A stretch of 64,000 nt of DNA from Octopus sinensis (GCF_006345805.1 NC_042997.1:186062001-186126000), one strand, 5' to 3'. Positions 14,117-27,059 are shown, numbered from the stretch's first letter. Notes: generated by a model from the sequence alone, not told the origin. Numbers and translations: made by a program.

Positions 14117-14899
14117 CCAATGTATTGGAAAATTATATAAAAGCCGTTTTCAGGAAGTTTAGTCAGTCTATATTTACAAAGCGATGACTAATTAAATTGT
14201 CACATATAAATCTTGTAGCAAATTTGAACTCGGGTGTATTTTATGGAGTAATTTTTCTGTTGATTTTAATCTTCACAATAAATCAACTTTACTCAGACAT
14301 TGGGTCGCTAGCAAACTTTTCATTCAACAACGTCCTTTGTTTATATAATGCTATTTTATATTTCAGTTCCTCACTCATAATTATAAGTTTTGTTCTGCTT
14401 ATGTAGTTTAGAGTTACACGGGTTTTGAGTTACATATCGCTAGCTTCTTAACAACTTTATCGTTTATTTTTATTATTTTTTTGCTTTTTCATTTACTTTA
14501 TGGTGCGTTACGCCAAGTTGCTTTTGTTATGTTATATAACGCGATTTCGTGAATCTAGGAAATTTTTATTCATTGGCTCATTTTTAGGTTTTGGGGGCCC
14601 ATTTTGATTCACAGTGTTTCATACTTTTAATGTATTAGTTGCAATTAGATGTACATATCAATGGGTGTAAGATTTCGTATGTTCATTTTGCAGCGTTTGC
14701 TGGCTATTTTAAAATTACTTTGGTACCTCTGTAGAAAGATTGTCATGGAAACTGTACATAACTTCCCATTTAAATTACGTTTCTTCCAGATAAATATTCC
14801 ACAACTGTTAAGTACTTTATCTTAAATCTTTGATAATGTTGATGAAAAATATTCTTATTCTGATTTGTTCAACGAGCATTGGTTTAAATTTTAGACGCG

Positions 14900-15120
14900 T
14901 TACCTATCGTTTATGACATGCTAGCACGTCGGGCCTTGGAGTTTCAACGCATGTCTTTTCCTTTATCTCTGGCTCGAAGTGATCAACTCAACACTCAACC
15001 TGGGCTAGAAAACGTTCAAGAAAACCAGCTGGATCTGCCTCAAATGGCGATAGATTTTCTCGTCATTTGATCAACCTGGTGCGCTTTTGATCAGATGTCA
15101 GAAGATGTGGCACCCTACGA
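14900..15120 (+). pseudogene. Possible Helitron Pif1-helicase C-terminal remnant
   Basis: EFQRMSFPLSLA resembles (E)FKRxQFPLRLA; the downstream frameshifted match is weak. Confidence 0.3.
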
Positions 15121-15576
15121 GCAGAAACCTTCGTCACACCAAGTTCAAAATGCAGAATATTCACAACTTTCTTATGGTATATGCTAATAGTATTTGCTAT
15201 TTGAGTTATAGTAAATCGCCATCAACTTGTAGTGAACACGATCGATGTTCTCGGTGGTGGCAGTTACAGGACATCTACACGTTGGGTCATCTTCAATACT
15301 CTCCCTTCTCCTCCTAAATTCAGCTGCTTACCTTCGCACTTCTAATAAAGCTGGTGCGTCATTCCCTAATATAGCAACCATATGAACATGAATGTCCTTG
15401 GTGGGGGGTTAAGCCATTTTCTGCAGGTACTTGATAACACCATGATGCCAAATTTTGTCCATTTTCATGAGAAATCACTACTAGTTACTTTTAAAGTCTT
15501 CTTTCAACAGTCAGATGTCAGTTTATCTGGAAAGAAACAATGCAGTAACCAATTTTGCCAGCTCGCCACCTTATTA

Positions 15577-15791
15577 ATCCTTTCTACCAAAAGCACAAGG
15601 CCCGAAGTTTTGGGCGAGGAGACAAGTCGATATAACTGGTATCAGTGCTTAACTGGTATAACTTTTATCGATCCCGAAAGAATGAAAGGTAAATTAGACC
15701 TTGGCGGAATTTGAAAACAGAACGTAAAGAGTCGGAAGAAATTTCACTAAGCATATTGTCTGATGCACTACCAAGCCTTCCAGCTCGTTAC
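15577..15791 (-). mobile_element. Diverged SINE family B, tail B2
   Basis: ATCGATCCCGAAAGAATGAAAGG..GGCGGAATTTGAA core with CTTTCTAC..GCACAAGGCCCGAA tail. Confidence 0.7.
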
Positions 15792-15813
15792 CATAACAAT
15801 AACCATAAAAATA

Positions 15814-15845
<32 letters not shown>

Positions 15846-15944
15846 GATGATGATGATAAAATCTTTGATGTTAGAACTTGTCTTAAAGCACGAAAACAAG
15901 AAAACATCATCTCAGTAAAAAAAAAAAGACAAAGAAATGTCTAA

Positions 15945-16939
15945 GTGAATTCCAAATGCAACGAATCCCAGAATTAGACGCACTGGAAACAAGCGTATGA
16001 AAACCCTTGCTAAAACTGCTGCATTAGATATTCTGACTGATAAATGGCATGAAAAACCTCTCAATGATAAATACCCAAAGGGAGCTAATAATGCCAATGT
16101 TGACAAAGGCCTTACCCCTCAATGGTTAGTGTCTTCTGGCTTAAAATCAGAGACAGATGGGTTATCATAGCAACCCAAGATCAATGCCCACTGATAAAGA
16201 GTTAACAGGCCAACATATTAAAGAACGCCCGTAGTCCAGTCGATCATGTTGTCTTTATGTGTAGTCTTCTTGCGCCTACAGAGTATCTCAATAGGCATGT
16301 TTGAGCAGCGCAATATATTCACTGAATCATTTGCAAAAACTTGGACCTGCCCCATGATGAAAACTGGTGGGAACACAAACCACCTCCAGTGCTTGAAAAT
16401 GACCACATCTTACTCCTCTGGAACTTCACCGTTCAAACTGACAGAAAGCATTATATTGAAGGACCTCAAATAAAAATCATGCCTCCTCATCGATATGACT
16501 GTCAAAATCGACATAAATGTATCTGTCAAGACCTACCAAAAACTGGGCAAGTATAAAGATCTTGAAATAAAAATCGGAAAAAATGTGGAACTACAAGACT
16601 AAAACAATACCTGTTGTCATAGGTGCCCCAGGAATGATAGCAAAAGGGGATGATCGCTACCTAGCTCAGATACCAGGAAATACAAAAATGACAAAAATTC
16701 AAAGGATCGTTCTTATGGGAACTGCCCATATCCTACATAAAATTCTATGTAATCAAAACTTTGAAAACTAACTTATAATTTTCTTATGTTTCCTTAAACA
16801 TTCTCTAGAACAATACTTTGTGCAAAACCTAATATTTGGCACCCTCGTCATAACACCAACGTGAACTTTTAACTTGTCTCTTGAGATTTGTGGGTTAGAC
16901 TTGGAGTCAAATTGTACAAATACAAAACAAAAGTCAAAC

Positions 16940-16940
<1 letters not shown>
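15945..16940 (+). pseudogene. R4/Dong-type RLE LINE 3' portion with 3' UTR ending in (TAA)n
   Basis: Across frameshifts: WHEKPL, WL..SGLKSET, QDQ, EYLNRH, WWEHKPPPVLEN..ILLWNF..QTD, IPVVIGA.G, IQRIVLMGTAHILHK; ends ..AAAAGTCAAACA(TAA)n. Confidence 0.85.
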
Positions 16941-16976
<36 letters not shown>

Positions 16977-17008
16977 TGATAATAATAATAATAATGATGA
17001 TGATAATG

Positions 17009-17065
<57 letters not shown>

Positions 17066-17226
17066 GAGCTGCGCTCGGTTGTGAAGTGAAAGCACGTTAT
17101 AAAAATAAAACTACTGAATGATAATAATAATATAATAATAATAATAATAATATAATAATAATATAATAATATAATAATAATAATAATAATATAATAATAA
17201 TAATAATGATGATAATAATAATAATA
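16941..17226. repeat. (TAA)n array with an embedded LINE 3' tip (17064-17118)
   Basis: Direct reading; the tip CAGAGCTGCGCTCGGT..GTGAAAGCAC..AAAAATAAA matches the element at 19677-19868. Confidence 0.9.
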
Positions 17227-17633
17227 ATACCACAGATTTGCTTGTCAGTTGTTTGACCTTAACCAGTTGAGCATGTCCCTTAGTGGCTGACGATATGTGC
17301 ATCTCTGATCACGAGCAGAAGTAGTGGGGGAGCATCATAGCCATGTGTTGAGAGGGATTCTTTGGGGTTTGAATAGTACAACATCCTTAAACAACCCTTA
17401 TTCAGGGACCGTTTGAGCGGGATGGGCTACTCAACCTGAAGAAAATTCTAACTGGGCCCCACCTGCAAGGTCATGTGCTGTTTATCTTGATATGAGATCA
17501 CCATGTCGCGCACATATGGTTGTGATGCATGTGCCTGGTGTACCTTTATCAGACGGGTAGTCATGATGGGTATATTGGGCTTCATATATTTTACCCCAGT
17601 GTCACTTTGATGGCATGAACTGCTCTCTCACTC
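17227..17633 (+). mobile_element. Non-coding (TAA)n-associated element D, probably a LINE UTR or LINE-dependent element
   Basis: Flanked by TAA on both sides, ends CTGCTCTCTCACTC(AAT)n; inverted copy at 19109-19576. Confidence 0.7.
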
Positions 17634-17651
17634 AATAATAATAATACTAAC

Positions 17652-17722
<71 letters not shown>

Positions 17723-17786
17723 GAAGAAGAGAAGAAGAAGAAGAAGAAGAAGAAGAAGAAGAAGAAGAAGAAGAAGAAGAAGAAGA
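17634..17786. repeat. (TAA)n(GAA)n microsatellite
   Basis: Direct reading. Confidence 0.95.
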
Positions 17787-18539
17787 AAGCTGCACAGACT
17801 TAGCACGTATTTGTGTATCTACAACTACGGTATGTTGTTTTCAAGGTGTAAGCTGACGAAATAGGAGCTGGGGCAAGGCACAACGGTCAGGTGATGAGTT
17901 ATAACGGAAGCTACCTCTGCGCATCCTTTCAAGTATAGCTTCCTTTCAGCCCATTTCAAAATGTGGCTAACCACTCTGCTCATAATTTCGCCCCAGTTTC
18001 TTTCTACTTGAAGATCCGGATCAAATCAAACCACGAGTTTCACCGGCCCATTTCCCACCGACTTGTCCGAATTTATCATTACTTCTGTTGTTGCCTAATA
18101 TTCGTTTAGAATGGAGACGACTACTTCCATTTCTATGACGTCCGGCAGTATTTCAGTGATATTATTCGCATACACCGAACAGTTCTTTGTGTGTCAGTTA
18201 AAGATGCGTTCATTTACTAGAAACGAAGTCAGAACTTAAAGAGCCGAAGAAATACAGCCAGCAATTTTGTCCGACTCTGTAGCGTTGGGCAGAATGTTTT
18301 GCGGTACCTCTTTGAGAATATTTATTTATATGTTCTTCATCTTAGGCTTAAGTATACGGTCTGCATCCAGAAGGCAACACAGGGAGATTTTTCAACGACA
18401 TTGAATCGAATAGCCTCTAAACAATGAAAGCTTAAACCAGACTGAAAATTTGCTTATCTTTTATTCAGTTTCAGTTATACAATAATTCGTCCTTGAAATG
18501 TTGAACATAATTCTTGACATAGTTTTATTTTCCAAAACC

Positions 18540-18850
18540 TTTAACCTTTGAATATTTAAAAAGTAGACCTACAAAATTTATCTCCAACTCAGCTTATTTT
18601 CACTAACAACTTTACATTGCTCTATGGCTATCTTATGATCCTTATCAATGTCATATTACCGAACATTCGGTTACCGAATTCAATTGCGTTGCTGTCTCGT
18701 TTAACCTTTGAATATTTAAAAACTAGACCTACAAAATTTATCCCCCATTCAGCTTATTTTCACTAACTAACAAGTTTACATTCCTGTATGGCTATCTTAT
18801 GATCTTTATCAATGTCGTATTACCGAACTCAATTGCATTGCTGTCTCGTT
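18540..18850. repeat. Tandem duplication of a ~160-bp unit
   Basis: TTTAACCTTTGAATATTTAAAAA..GCTGTCTCGT starts at 18540 and again at 18700, with several substitutions and indels. Confidence 0.9.
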
Positions 18851-19014
18851 AATTCAGTTACGTGAAGTTGTTTAGTTTCAGCCAAGCATCCAGTTAAAAG
18901 CATTATTAACGCTAGCAGAATTGTTGGGACAATCCAAAAATGCCTTACGGTATTTATTCTAGCTATTTATATTCTAAGTTCAAATGCAACAGAGGGAAAT
19001 TTTTGTCGTTGTTG

Positions 19015-19062
<48 letters not shown>

Positions 19063-19108
19063 TATTATTATTATTATTATCATTATCATCATCATTATTA
19101 TTATTATT

Positions 19109-19576
19109 GAGTGAGAGAGCAGAGCATACCATCAAAGTGACACTGGGCTAAAATATACGAAGCCCAGTATACCTACCATCATGACTACCTGTCTGATAAG
19201 GGTACACTAGGCACATGCATCACAACCACATGTGCGCGACATGATGATCTCATATCAAGATAAACAGCACGTGACCTTGCAGGTGGGGCCCAGTTTCCAA
19301 AGGTGAATTATACAAACCTCCAAGAATTCCTTTCAACACATGGCTATGATGCTCCCCCACTACTTCTGCTCGTGATCAGAGATGCACATATCGTCAGCCA
19401 CTAAGGGACATGGTCAACTGGTTAAGGTCAAACAACTGACAAGCAAATCTGTGGTATTGAGCAGAATATTTGCTGTAGCCCATCTTTTATACCAAGACTA
19501 AACAATGTACATGATAACACCTCCAATCAGTTAAGATCAGAAGTCATGAGAGCCACTGCCTGGTACTGCATCAGGA
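19109..19576 (-). mobile_element. Element D, inverted copy
   Basis: Reverse complement of 17227-17633 with an internal deletion and extra 5' sequence; (ATT)n on both sides. Confidence 0.75.
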
Positions 19577-19595
19577 TATTGGTGACCCCGACGTG

Positions 19596-19676
<81 letters not shown>

Positions 19677-19679
<3 letters not shown>

Positions 19680-19868
19680 ATATCTTTATTTTTATAGTGT
19701 GCTTTCACTTCACCACCGCGCGCAGCTCTGTGTGCCTTGGGTATGTGCTGTGGTTTTCTGTGATGTTCTTATGGTTACTGTATTGAAAGCGTTTTGCGTA
19801 GGATGTGTGTAGTGCCCAATAGTGCAATTTTCAGTGTGTTATATATATTGTAAGTCCTGGTGTTTTTG
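19677..19868 (-). pseudogene. Second R4/Dong-type LINE 3' end
   Basis: Minus strand encodes ..LKIALLGTTHILRKTLSIQ* followed by a UTR and (AAT)n. Confidence 0.75.
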
Positions 19869-19909
19869 TTATGTATTATGTATTATTATTATTATTGTTA
19901 TCATTATTA

Positions 19910-19972
<63 letters not shown>

Positions 19973-20897
19973 GGAAAACGGATAGGTAAAGTCATTTAAG
20001 CGTAGGACGAAATGCTCTACAACGCTTCTGGAGAGTCGGTGGTATCGACAACTGCCCCCATTACTCAAAATTTGCTGGCTTTATGCCTACATCAGAAACC
20101 ATTAGCCTTATTTTTCTTTTTATCTGTTATTCATTTCTGTCGGAATATGTAGTTGACATTACAAGTAAGAGTTACTAATTATTTCAACTTATCAGCTTAC
20201 TTGGAGATATGGTTGTGTAGGAATGTTTGATAATTTGTGTATACTGAAATTTCAGGCAATATGTTGGTACTTATTTTGCAATATTCCTATATAATCTTAC
20301 ATACTTTGTGTTCAAATATTCCCAAAAATAACTGTTTCTTTCATATTAGCTGTAATTAAATCTCACCAACATAAAATATTTTGACATGTTCGTATAAAGT
20401 GTACGTATATAGACAACTAAAGTGATGTGTATGTGTGTACGTATGTATGTATATATATATATATATTATATATATATATATATATATATGTAGTATGTTA
20501 ATGTGTGTTTATGTACATTTAAGGGTGGGTGTTTTTAATTTTGGAAACACACAAATAATTGTGAAATTACGTTATCAGAGATTTTATTTCTTGGACTGAA
20601 TTTCTTAAATGCATTTTTATTAAACTTCAACGAAGATTTTAGAACCAAAATATGCGGGTGCGTATAAGAGAGACAGAATGACTCAGTGTGTATCCATTTA
20701 TATGTATTATGTATATGTATGCATATATATATAATCAAGATAGAACCGGTAATTTTGCAACGCTTTTCACTGGAACCTACTACGGTGACCGAGGGTGGCA
20801 AAAGTGTTGTACAAGCCTTTGTCACTTAAATACAATGACATACTGCTATCTCACTAGCATTTCGTTTCTTCGTTCGTTTTTGTATTTTATAAAGTCA

Positions 20898-21403
20898 CTA
20901 GCAGTATCGCCCGGCGTTGCTCGGGTTTGTAAGGGAAATAACTATATAAGCATTTTTAGAGAGTTACTTCCCTTATAAATTCGGGCTTTCTTAGCCATTT
21001 TTGTTTTGGTGTCTTCAAGCCATGAAGTCGTTGTTCTAAAAGAACGCTGGTTTCCTTCACAACGCATTACGACGTTGATTTCTTTACACTCCCTTCCCCA
21101 CAGCTTCACGAGGGAGGGAAGGGGGAGAAGCAAACAGGTGCAGCTGTGAGCGTGGACGCCAACTCCGCCGCCATCGACATACGATGCATTTTATGCATTA
21201 AAATGGAATAAAAAATGATGTTAAATTTTTTTTTAAATCGTAGACTCATCGTTGACGCGCGCTAATAGTCAGACGGGCTCGATATGAATCACGACTATAA
21301 GATACCCGAATTTGGTTAAACTGCACCGCAAAATGTGGGAGGAGTTAGGAATCTAAATCGAAGTGGACAGACACTCACACAACTAGAGTTTTATATATAT
21401 AGA
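20898..21403 (-). mobile_element. Non-autonomous Helitron
   Basis: Minus strand A|TCTATATATATAAAACTCTAGTTGTGTGAG start, CCCGAGCAACGCCGGG hairpin, CTAG|T end. Confidence 0.85.
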
Positions 21404-21682
21404 TATGGTGATGAATGCGTGGCTGGACAGTCAAATACGCGCTCATGCAAGGATGAAAGTAAATCACAACAATGAAACAAAACATGAGACGATTATCGTC
21501 TGACAGGATGAGGTAATCGTATATGCAGTAGCGGCCGTAATATAAGGGTTAGTAAGAACAAGTGTATTGAAATAGTTATTATAGAAGATTAACATCATGT
21601 TGAGACTAGATATTTAACGCATATTTAGATATATCAAATATCTATCTTTCGTGAAAATTTGAAGTAAATGGAATACTCTCTT

Positions 21683-22165
21683 TTACTCTCTTTTACTTGT
21701 TTCAGTCATTTGACTGCGGCCATGCTGGAGCACCGCCTTTAGTCGAGCAAATCGACCCCAAGACTTATTCTTTGTAACATTTCTAACATTTGTGGGAATA
21801 CAATTTCCCAACCTTTATTCTCTTTTACTCTATTACTTGCTTCAGTCATGTGACTGTGGCCATGCTGGAGCACCGCCTTTAGTCGAGCAAATCGACCCCA
21901 AGACTTATTGTTTGTAAGCCTAGTACTTATTCTATCGGTGTCTCTTGCCGAATCGCTATGTGACGGGGACGTAAACACACCACCATCGGTTGTTGGGGGG
22001 CCGGAACAAAAACAGGTTCATAAATATATATATACATATATACGATGGGCTTCTTTCAGTTTCCGTCTACAAAATCGACTCACAAGGCTTTGGTCGACCC
22101 AAGACTTTAGTAGATGACACTCAAGGTGCCACGCACTAGCACTGAACCCGGACCGTGCGGTTGGG
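21683..22165 (-). mobile_element. SINE family A with duplicated tail and a captured 41-bp segment
   Basis: Tail present twice (about 21685-21777 and 21821-21920), separated by sequence identical to 13349-13389. Confidence 0.85.
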
Positions 22166-22740
22166 ATTTTCATTTTACAGTTTATTTATGAAGAAGGGAC
22201 GCTAGATCCTATGAGCGTTTTTTTTCCCTCTGAATCCCCCAGATTGTTAGGAGAAAGAAAGGAAAATATCCTGAAGCCGGAAACCAGAGCCAAATATTGT
22301 CACACCCAAGAAATGAAATGATTTATCGAGCTAGGCGACTCATTAATTTTGCCACCCAAGAAGGCCATGTTAAAGCAGGAACGGTGCAGGCAACGAGCCG
22401 GAACACATACGCAAAGGACAACCTAGCTAGCGCTCTAGTATTCTACTAGTGCACTGAACAAAAGTGTTACTTTATTTTACTGACCTTCAGAAGGACGCAA
22501 ACCAAAGTTGATTTTGGAAGGATTTGAACTCGGAGCACAGAGATACGGAACATAGCGCAAGGTTATTTTTGTCAATGATTCAGTCACTTCGGCTCTTGTG
22601 TGAGTGTATGTATATATCTGTGTATAGTATGTATTAATATGTGTATGTGTGTATGTTTGTGTGTGTGTGTGTGAGAGAGAGTGAGTATAAGTATGTTTTC
22701 ACTAAGGTAGTGGAGCAATTACTCTTACTCTTACCCTTTT

Positions 22741-22979
22741 ACTCTTTTACTTGTTTCAGTCATTTGACTGCGGCCATGCTGGAGCACAGCCTTTAGTCGA
22801 GCAAACCGACTCCAGGACTTATTCTTTGTAAGCCTAGTACTTATTCTATAGAGCTCCATTGCCGATCCGCTAAGTTACGGGGATGTAAACACACCAGCAT
22901 CGGTTGTCAAGCGATGCTGGGGGGACAAACATAGACACACAAACATACACATACATACATACATACATACATACATACA

Positions 22980-23013
<34 letters not shown>

Positions 23014-23021
23014 CATACATG

Positions 23022-23065
<44 letters not shown>

Positions 23066-23236
23066 AATATACGACGGGCTTCTTTCAGTTTCCGTCTACC
23101 AAATCCACTCACAAGGCTTTGGTCGGCCCGAGGCTATAGTAGAAGACACCTGCCCAAGGTGCCACGCAGTGGGACTGAACCCAGAACCATGTGGCTGGTA
23201 AGCAAGCTACTTACCACACAGCCACTCCTGCGCCTA
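22741..23236 (-). mobile_element. SINE family A, full length with expanded (TACA)n
   Basis: All family A landmarks present. Confidence 0.9.
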
Positions 23237-23278
23237 GTTAGTGATTTTTCAATGAAATTATATTGTTTTATTGTTTAT

Positions 23279-23698
23279 TCTTTTATTTGTTTCAACCATT
23301 TTATTGAGGTCAGTCTGGAGCACGGCCTTAGAGGGTTTTATTCAAAGAAATCGACCGCAGGACGTATTCCTTGTAAGCTTACTACTTATTCCAATGGTCT
23401 CTTTTGCCGAACAAATAACTTACGGGGAGGTAAACACACCATTACCGGCTGTGAAGAGGTGACGGGTGAGAGGGGGACAAACATAGACGTAAAGACACAC
23501 AAACATAGGTATAAACAAAAATATAAACATATACGATGGGCTTCTTTCAGTTTCCGACTACCAATTCCACTCACAATGCTTTGGTCGGCTCGAGGATATA
23601 GTATAAGACATTTGCCAAAGGTGCTATGCAATAGGACTGAACCCGTAACCATGTTGTTGGGAAGCAAGCTTCTTACCACACAGCTACGCCCACGCCTA
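23279..23698 (-). mobile_element. Older diverged family A copy
   Basis: Landmarks recognisable with many substitutions. Confidence 0.75.
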
Positions 23699-23965
23699 TC
23701 GTTCAAATGTCCAAGGAAATTATACGACTTGCGATATAACGGTTCAGGGTGTATTTTTTATGTACTGTAGTAAATTCTGCTATTTTTATAAGGCGTAAAG
23801 CTAATTGTCAGAAAACGAGGTTCTAGTTTAATAGGATTCGGTATTTACGGTTATTTAATCCAGTGCAAATATGTTTTGCTGACTCATCAGCCTCTATGAT
23901 ATAGTACAATATATCATACTATATACAATGGTATTATATTCATATAGCATATGTTCATATATATA

Positions 23966-24433
23966 CAGGGTGCAGTGAATAAAATGTCGTCTAAATTACG
24001 CAAAAATGAAAATAAAACTGACATCTCATTTTAACAGATATATTTACCAAAATTACATTAAAATATTTTGAAATACTAAAGAGTAAATTTATTTAATAAA
24101 ATCTCCATTGGTTCAAACCACGGCCTCCAGATGACTTCGGAATCTCCTGCAATTCTTCTGGACGGTCACCTCGTTTAAATTGGGGAATGCTGCCATAATA
24201 CTTGTCTTCAGGTCATCTTTGGTGTTACAATGAGTTTTGTTGGTCTCCCGCTCAACTACGCCCCACACATAATAATGAAGGGGTGGCCAGATTTTAGAGG
24301 TGATGTGGTCGCAGAAATTGTCTGACAGCCATGACTGGGTTCTCCTGTTTGTGTGACATGGGGCAGAGTCCTGTTGCCAGACATAGGGTCTTCCAGCAGC
24401 CAGCCTCTTGACCCATGGCAGTACTACCTCTTC
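23966..24433 (-). mobile_element. DD37D-type (maT-like) mariner transposase 3' remnant with terminal repeat
   Basis: Minus strand: PWVKRLAAGRPYVWQQDSAPCHT..WLSDNF..IWPP..YYVWGVVERETNK..RRFRSHLEAVV; terminus TA|CAGGGTGCAGTG. Confidence 0.8.
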
Positions 24434-24774
24434 ACACAGCTAAAGTTGTTACTGAATGGCACGAGAAACATTCTAGTGAAGTTGAACATCTTATCTGGCC
24501 ACCATAGTCCCCAGATCTCAATATTACTCAACATTTATGGTACATTTTGGAAAAACAAGTAGGGAGTCGATATCCTCCACCATCATCACTACAAGAACTG
24601 GAGACTGTTTTAGCTGAAGAATGGACAAAAATTCCTTTGGAAACAATTCAAACTTTGTACGAGTCCATACCTCGTAGAATTCAGCTGTAATTACTGTCAA
24701 AGGCGGTCCTACCCCATATTAAAATAAATTTGTTTGAAATTTTAAGGTGTTTCTATTATTTTGTCTAAGCCCTG
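24434..24774 (+). mobile_element. Tc1-like transposase 3' remnant with terminal repeat
   Basis: HTAKVVTEW..WP..SPDLNI..HLW.ILEKQV..LQELETVLAEEWTKIPLETIQTLYESIPRRI..KGGPTPY*; terminus ..AAGCCCTG|TA. Confidence 0.85.
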
Positions 24775-24989
24775 TATATGTATATGTATTTACGTATATT
24801 TGTCTATCTATATATTTATATACGGCGGGGGGGGGGTGAAAAGTGTCCGACTTAGTTTTTCTAAGTCCTGTAGAAGAACTGGGATGGGTGGGCCTCCAGC
24901 TAAGCGTTTCCCGACCCACTTAAAACCAGGAACTTGTCATTACCCACCTCTTATATATGTAAGTATGTATGTATGTAGGTAGGTATATA

Positions 24990-25030
<41 letters not shown>

Positions 25031-25071
25031 CATATATATATATATATATAATATATATGTGTGTGTGTATG

Positions 25072-25121
<50 letters not shown>

Positions 25122-25569
25122 TTTATGTATATATGTATATATATTTCTCTGCGCATGTTTGTGTGCGTATGTGTGTGTGTCCTCCAATGTATATTCGAGA
25201 AGGATATGAACGTCAGTGACAGACCGAATATCCGGTGTCGATTCCATTCTATCCTCGCTGTCAGAAGTGCAGCGAACCTAGGCTTTGCTCGTTAGAAATC
25301 TGTAAGCAACGACACTGTCGTTCAAAAATTTCAATATGAAATGAAACATTTTTAATGCAAAGCAGATGTGGTGAAGAAAGCAAGACGATGCGCCAACACA
25401 GTCAAAGTCTTCACATGTACCAAATTTAATCAAGCAAACAAAATACAAACTGCGCTGTAAAAACACTAAATTCAACTCACCATGAATTATACTAGTCACG
25501 CCTGATCTATTAATCTCGCGACATCGTTATCCTTCCCACAATAAGCATAATGCCACATTTGTTGTTGTT

Positions 25570-25725
25570 TTTCAGGATAACTACGTTTCATTGACCTCAG
25601 TAATTAACGGCTACTTACTTCATCGACCTCGAAAGGAGAAAGGCAGTGTCAACCCCGGTGGAATTTGAATTCAGAACGTGAAAACGGAGGAAATGCTTGT
25701 AAGCATTTTCGGCATGCTAAAACAT
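25570..25725 (-). mobile_element. Diverged SINE family B copy
   Basis: ATCGACCTCGAAAGG..GGAATTTGAATTCAGAACG..GAAATGC core. Confidence 0.65.
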
Positions 25726-25731
25726 TCTCGC

Positions 25732-26040
25732 GGTCGCACATCGCCTAGTGGTTAGAGCAGCGGACTCGCGTTCGAGGGATCGCGGGTTCGAATCTCAGAC
25801 CGGGCGATGTGTGTGTTTATGAGCGAAACACCTAAGCTCCACGAGGCTCCGGCAGAAGGTAATGGCGAACTTCTGCTGACTCTTTCATCACAACTTTCTC
25901 TCACTCTTTCCTCCTGCGTGTTGCAGCTCACCTGCGACGGACCGGCGTCCCGTCCAGGTGGGGACACTATACGCCAAGTAAACCGGGAAACCGGCCTTAT
26001 GAGCCAGGCGTGGCTCGAGAAGGAACAAAGAAACAAACAA
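25732..26040 (+). mobile_element. SINE family C, tail type 2
   Basis: Same head and CACAACTTTCTCTCACTCT domain as 2143-2523, then CTGCGACGGACCGGCGTCCCGTCCAGG..AAACCGGGAAACCGGCC..ATGAGCC. Confidence 0.8.
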
Positions 26041-26149
26041 TGAAATCTTTATAAAATCTAAACCTGTCATATAAGCAAGACATGATACGTTGGAGAATGA
26101 ATGTGACGGCAGGCCGCCTTCATGATGATAATAGCGGTTTCAAATTTTG

Positions 26150-26341
26150 ACACAAGGCCAGCAATTTTAGGGAAAGTGGTAAGTCGATAACATTGACCTT
26201 ATTGCTCGATTGGTACTTATTTCATAGACCCCCGAGAGGATACAAGGCAAAATTAGCCTCGGCGGAATTTGAACTCGGAACGTATACATGGACGAAATGC
26301 CGCTAAGCATTTCGTCTGGCGTGGTAGTGAGATTGCTCGAC
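26150..26341 (-). mobile_element. Diverged SINE family B, tail B2
   Basis: CACAAGGCCAGCAATTTT tail, GGCGGAATTTGAACTC core, GAAATGCCGCTAAGCATTTCG head. Confidence 0.7.
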
Positions 26342-26346
26342 GAGTA

Positions 26347-26377
<31 letters not shown>

Positions 26378-26383
26378 ACGATA

Positions 26384-26424
<41 letters not shown>

Positions 26425-26645
26425 ACGATTCTTCGTTCGTGGATTCCTATAGATATTTTCAACCACGCGCACACACACAGGCGCTCACATACACACACGC
26501 ACATACACACACAACACACACACACACACAAATATATATATATATATACACCATCTATATCTATATCTCTCTATATATGTTTGTTCCAGGTTCGGTCCAC
26601 TGCATGGCACTTTGGGCAAGTGTCTTCTACTGTAGCCTCGAGCCG

Positions 26646-26699
<54 letters not shown>

Positions 26700-27059
26700 G
26701 GTTTGTATGACTGTGTATAGAGGGATATATATTATTCAAAGGAATTCCAACTCTAGATAAGAGTTTCTCAACCATTCTTTTATCTATAGACACCTTTGAT
26801 TACTTTGTTTTTATTCTGGTCGACTCCCATAACCATTCAATGTTTAAAAACTAGTTTTGTAGAAATTTCTTTAAAAATTCCAATTTTGATTTTCTCGCAT
26901 TAACTTGTGTTGGTTGAGTTATGTAAAATATTGAGCAAAAATACCTAGATCTTTTTTTGCAATACATACCAATACATATTCTTTATAATATTAATGTAGA
27001 ATATAGAATATATAGTATAATATGTATATATAGTAAAATGAAATGAAGTATTGATTGTC

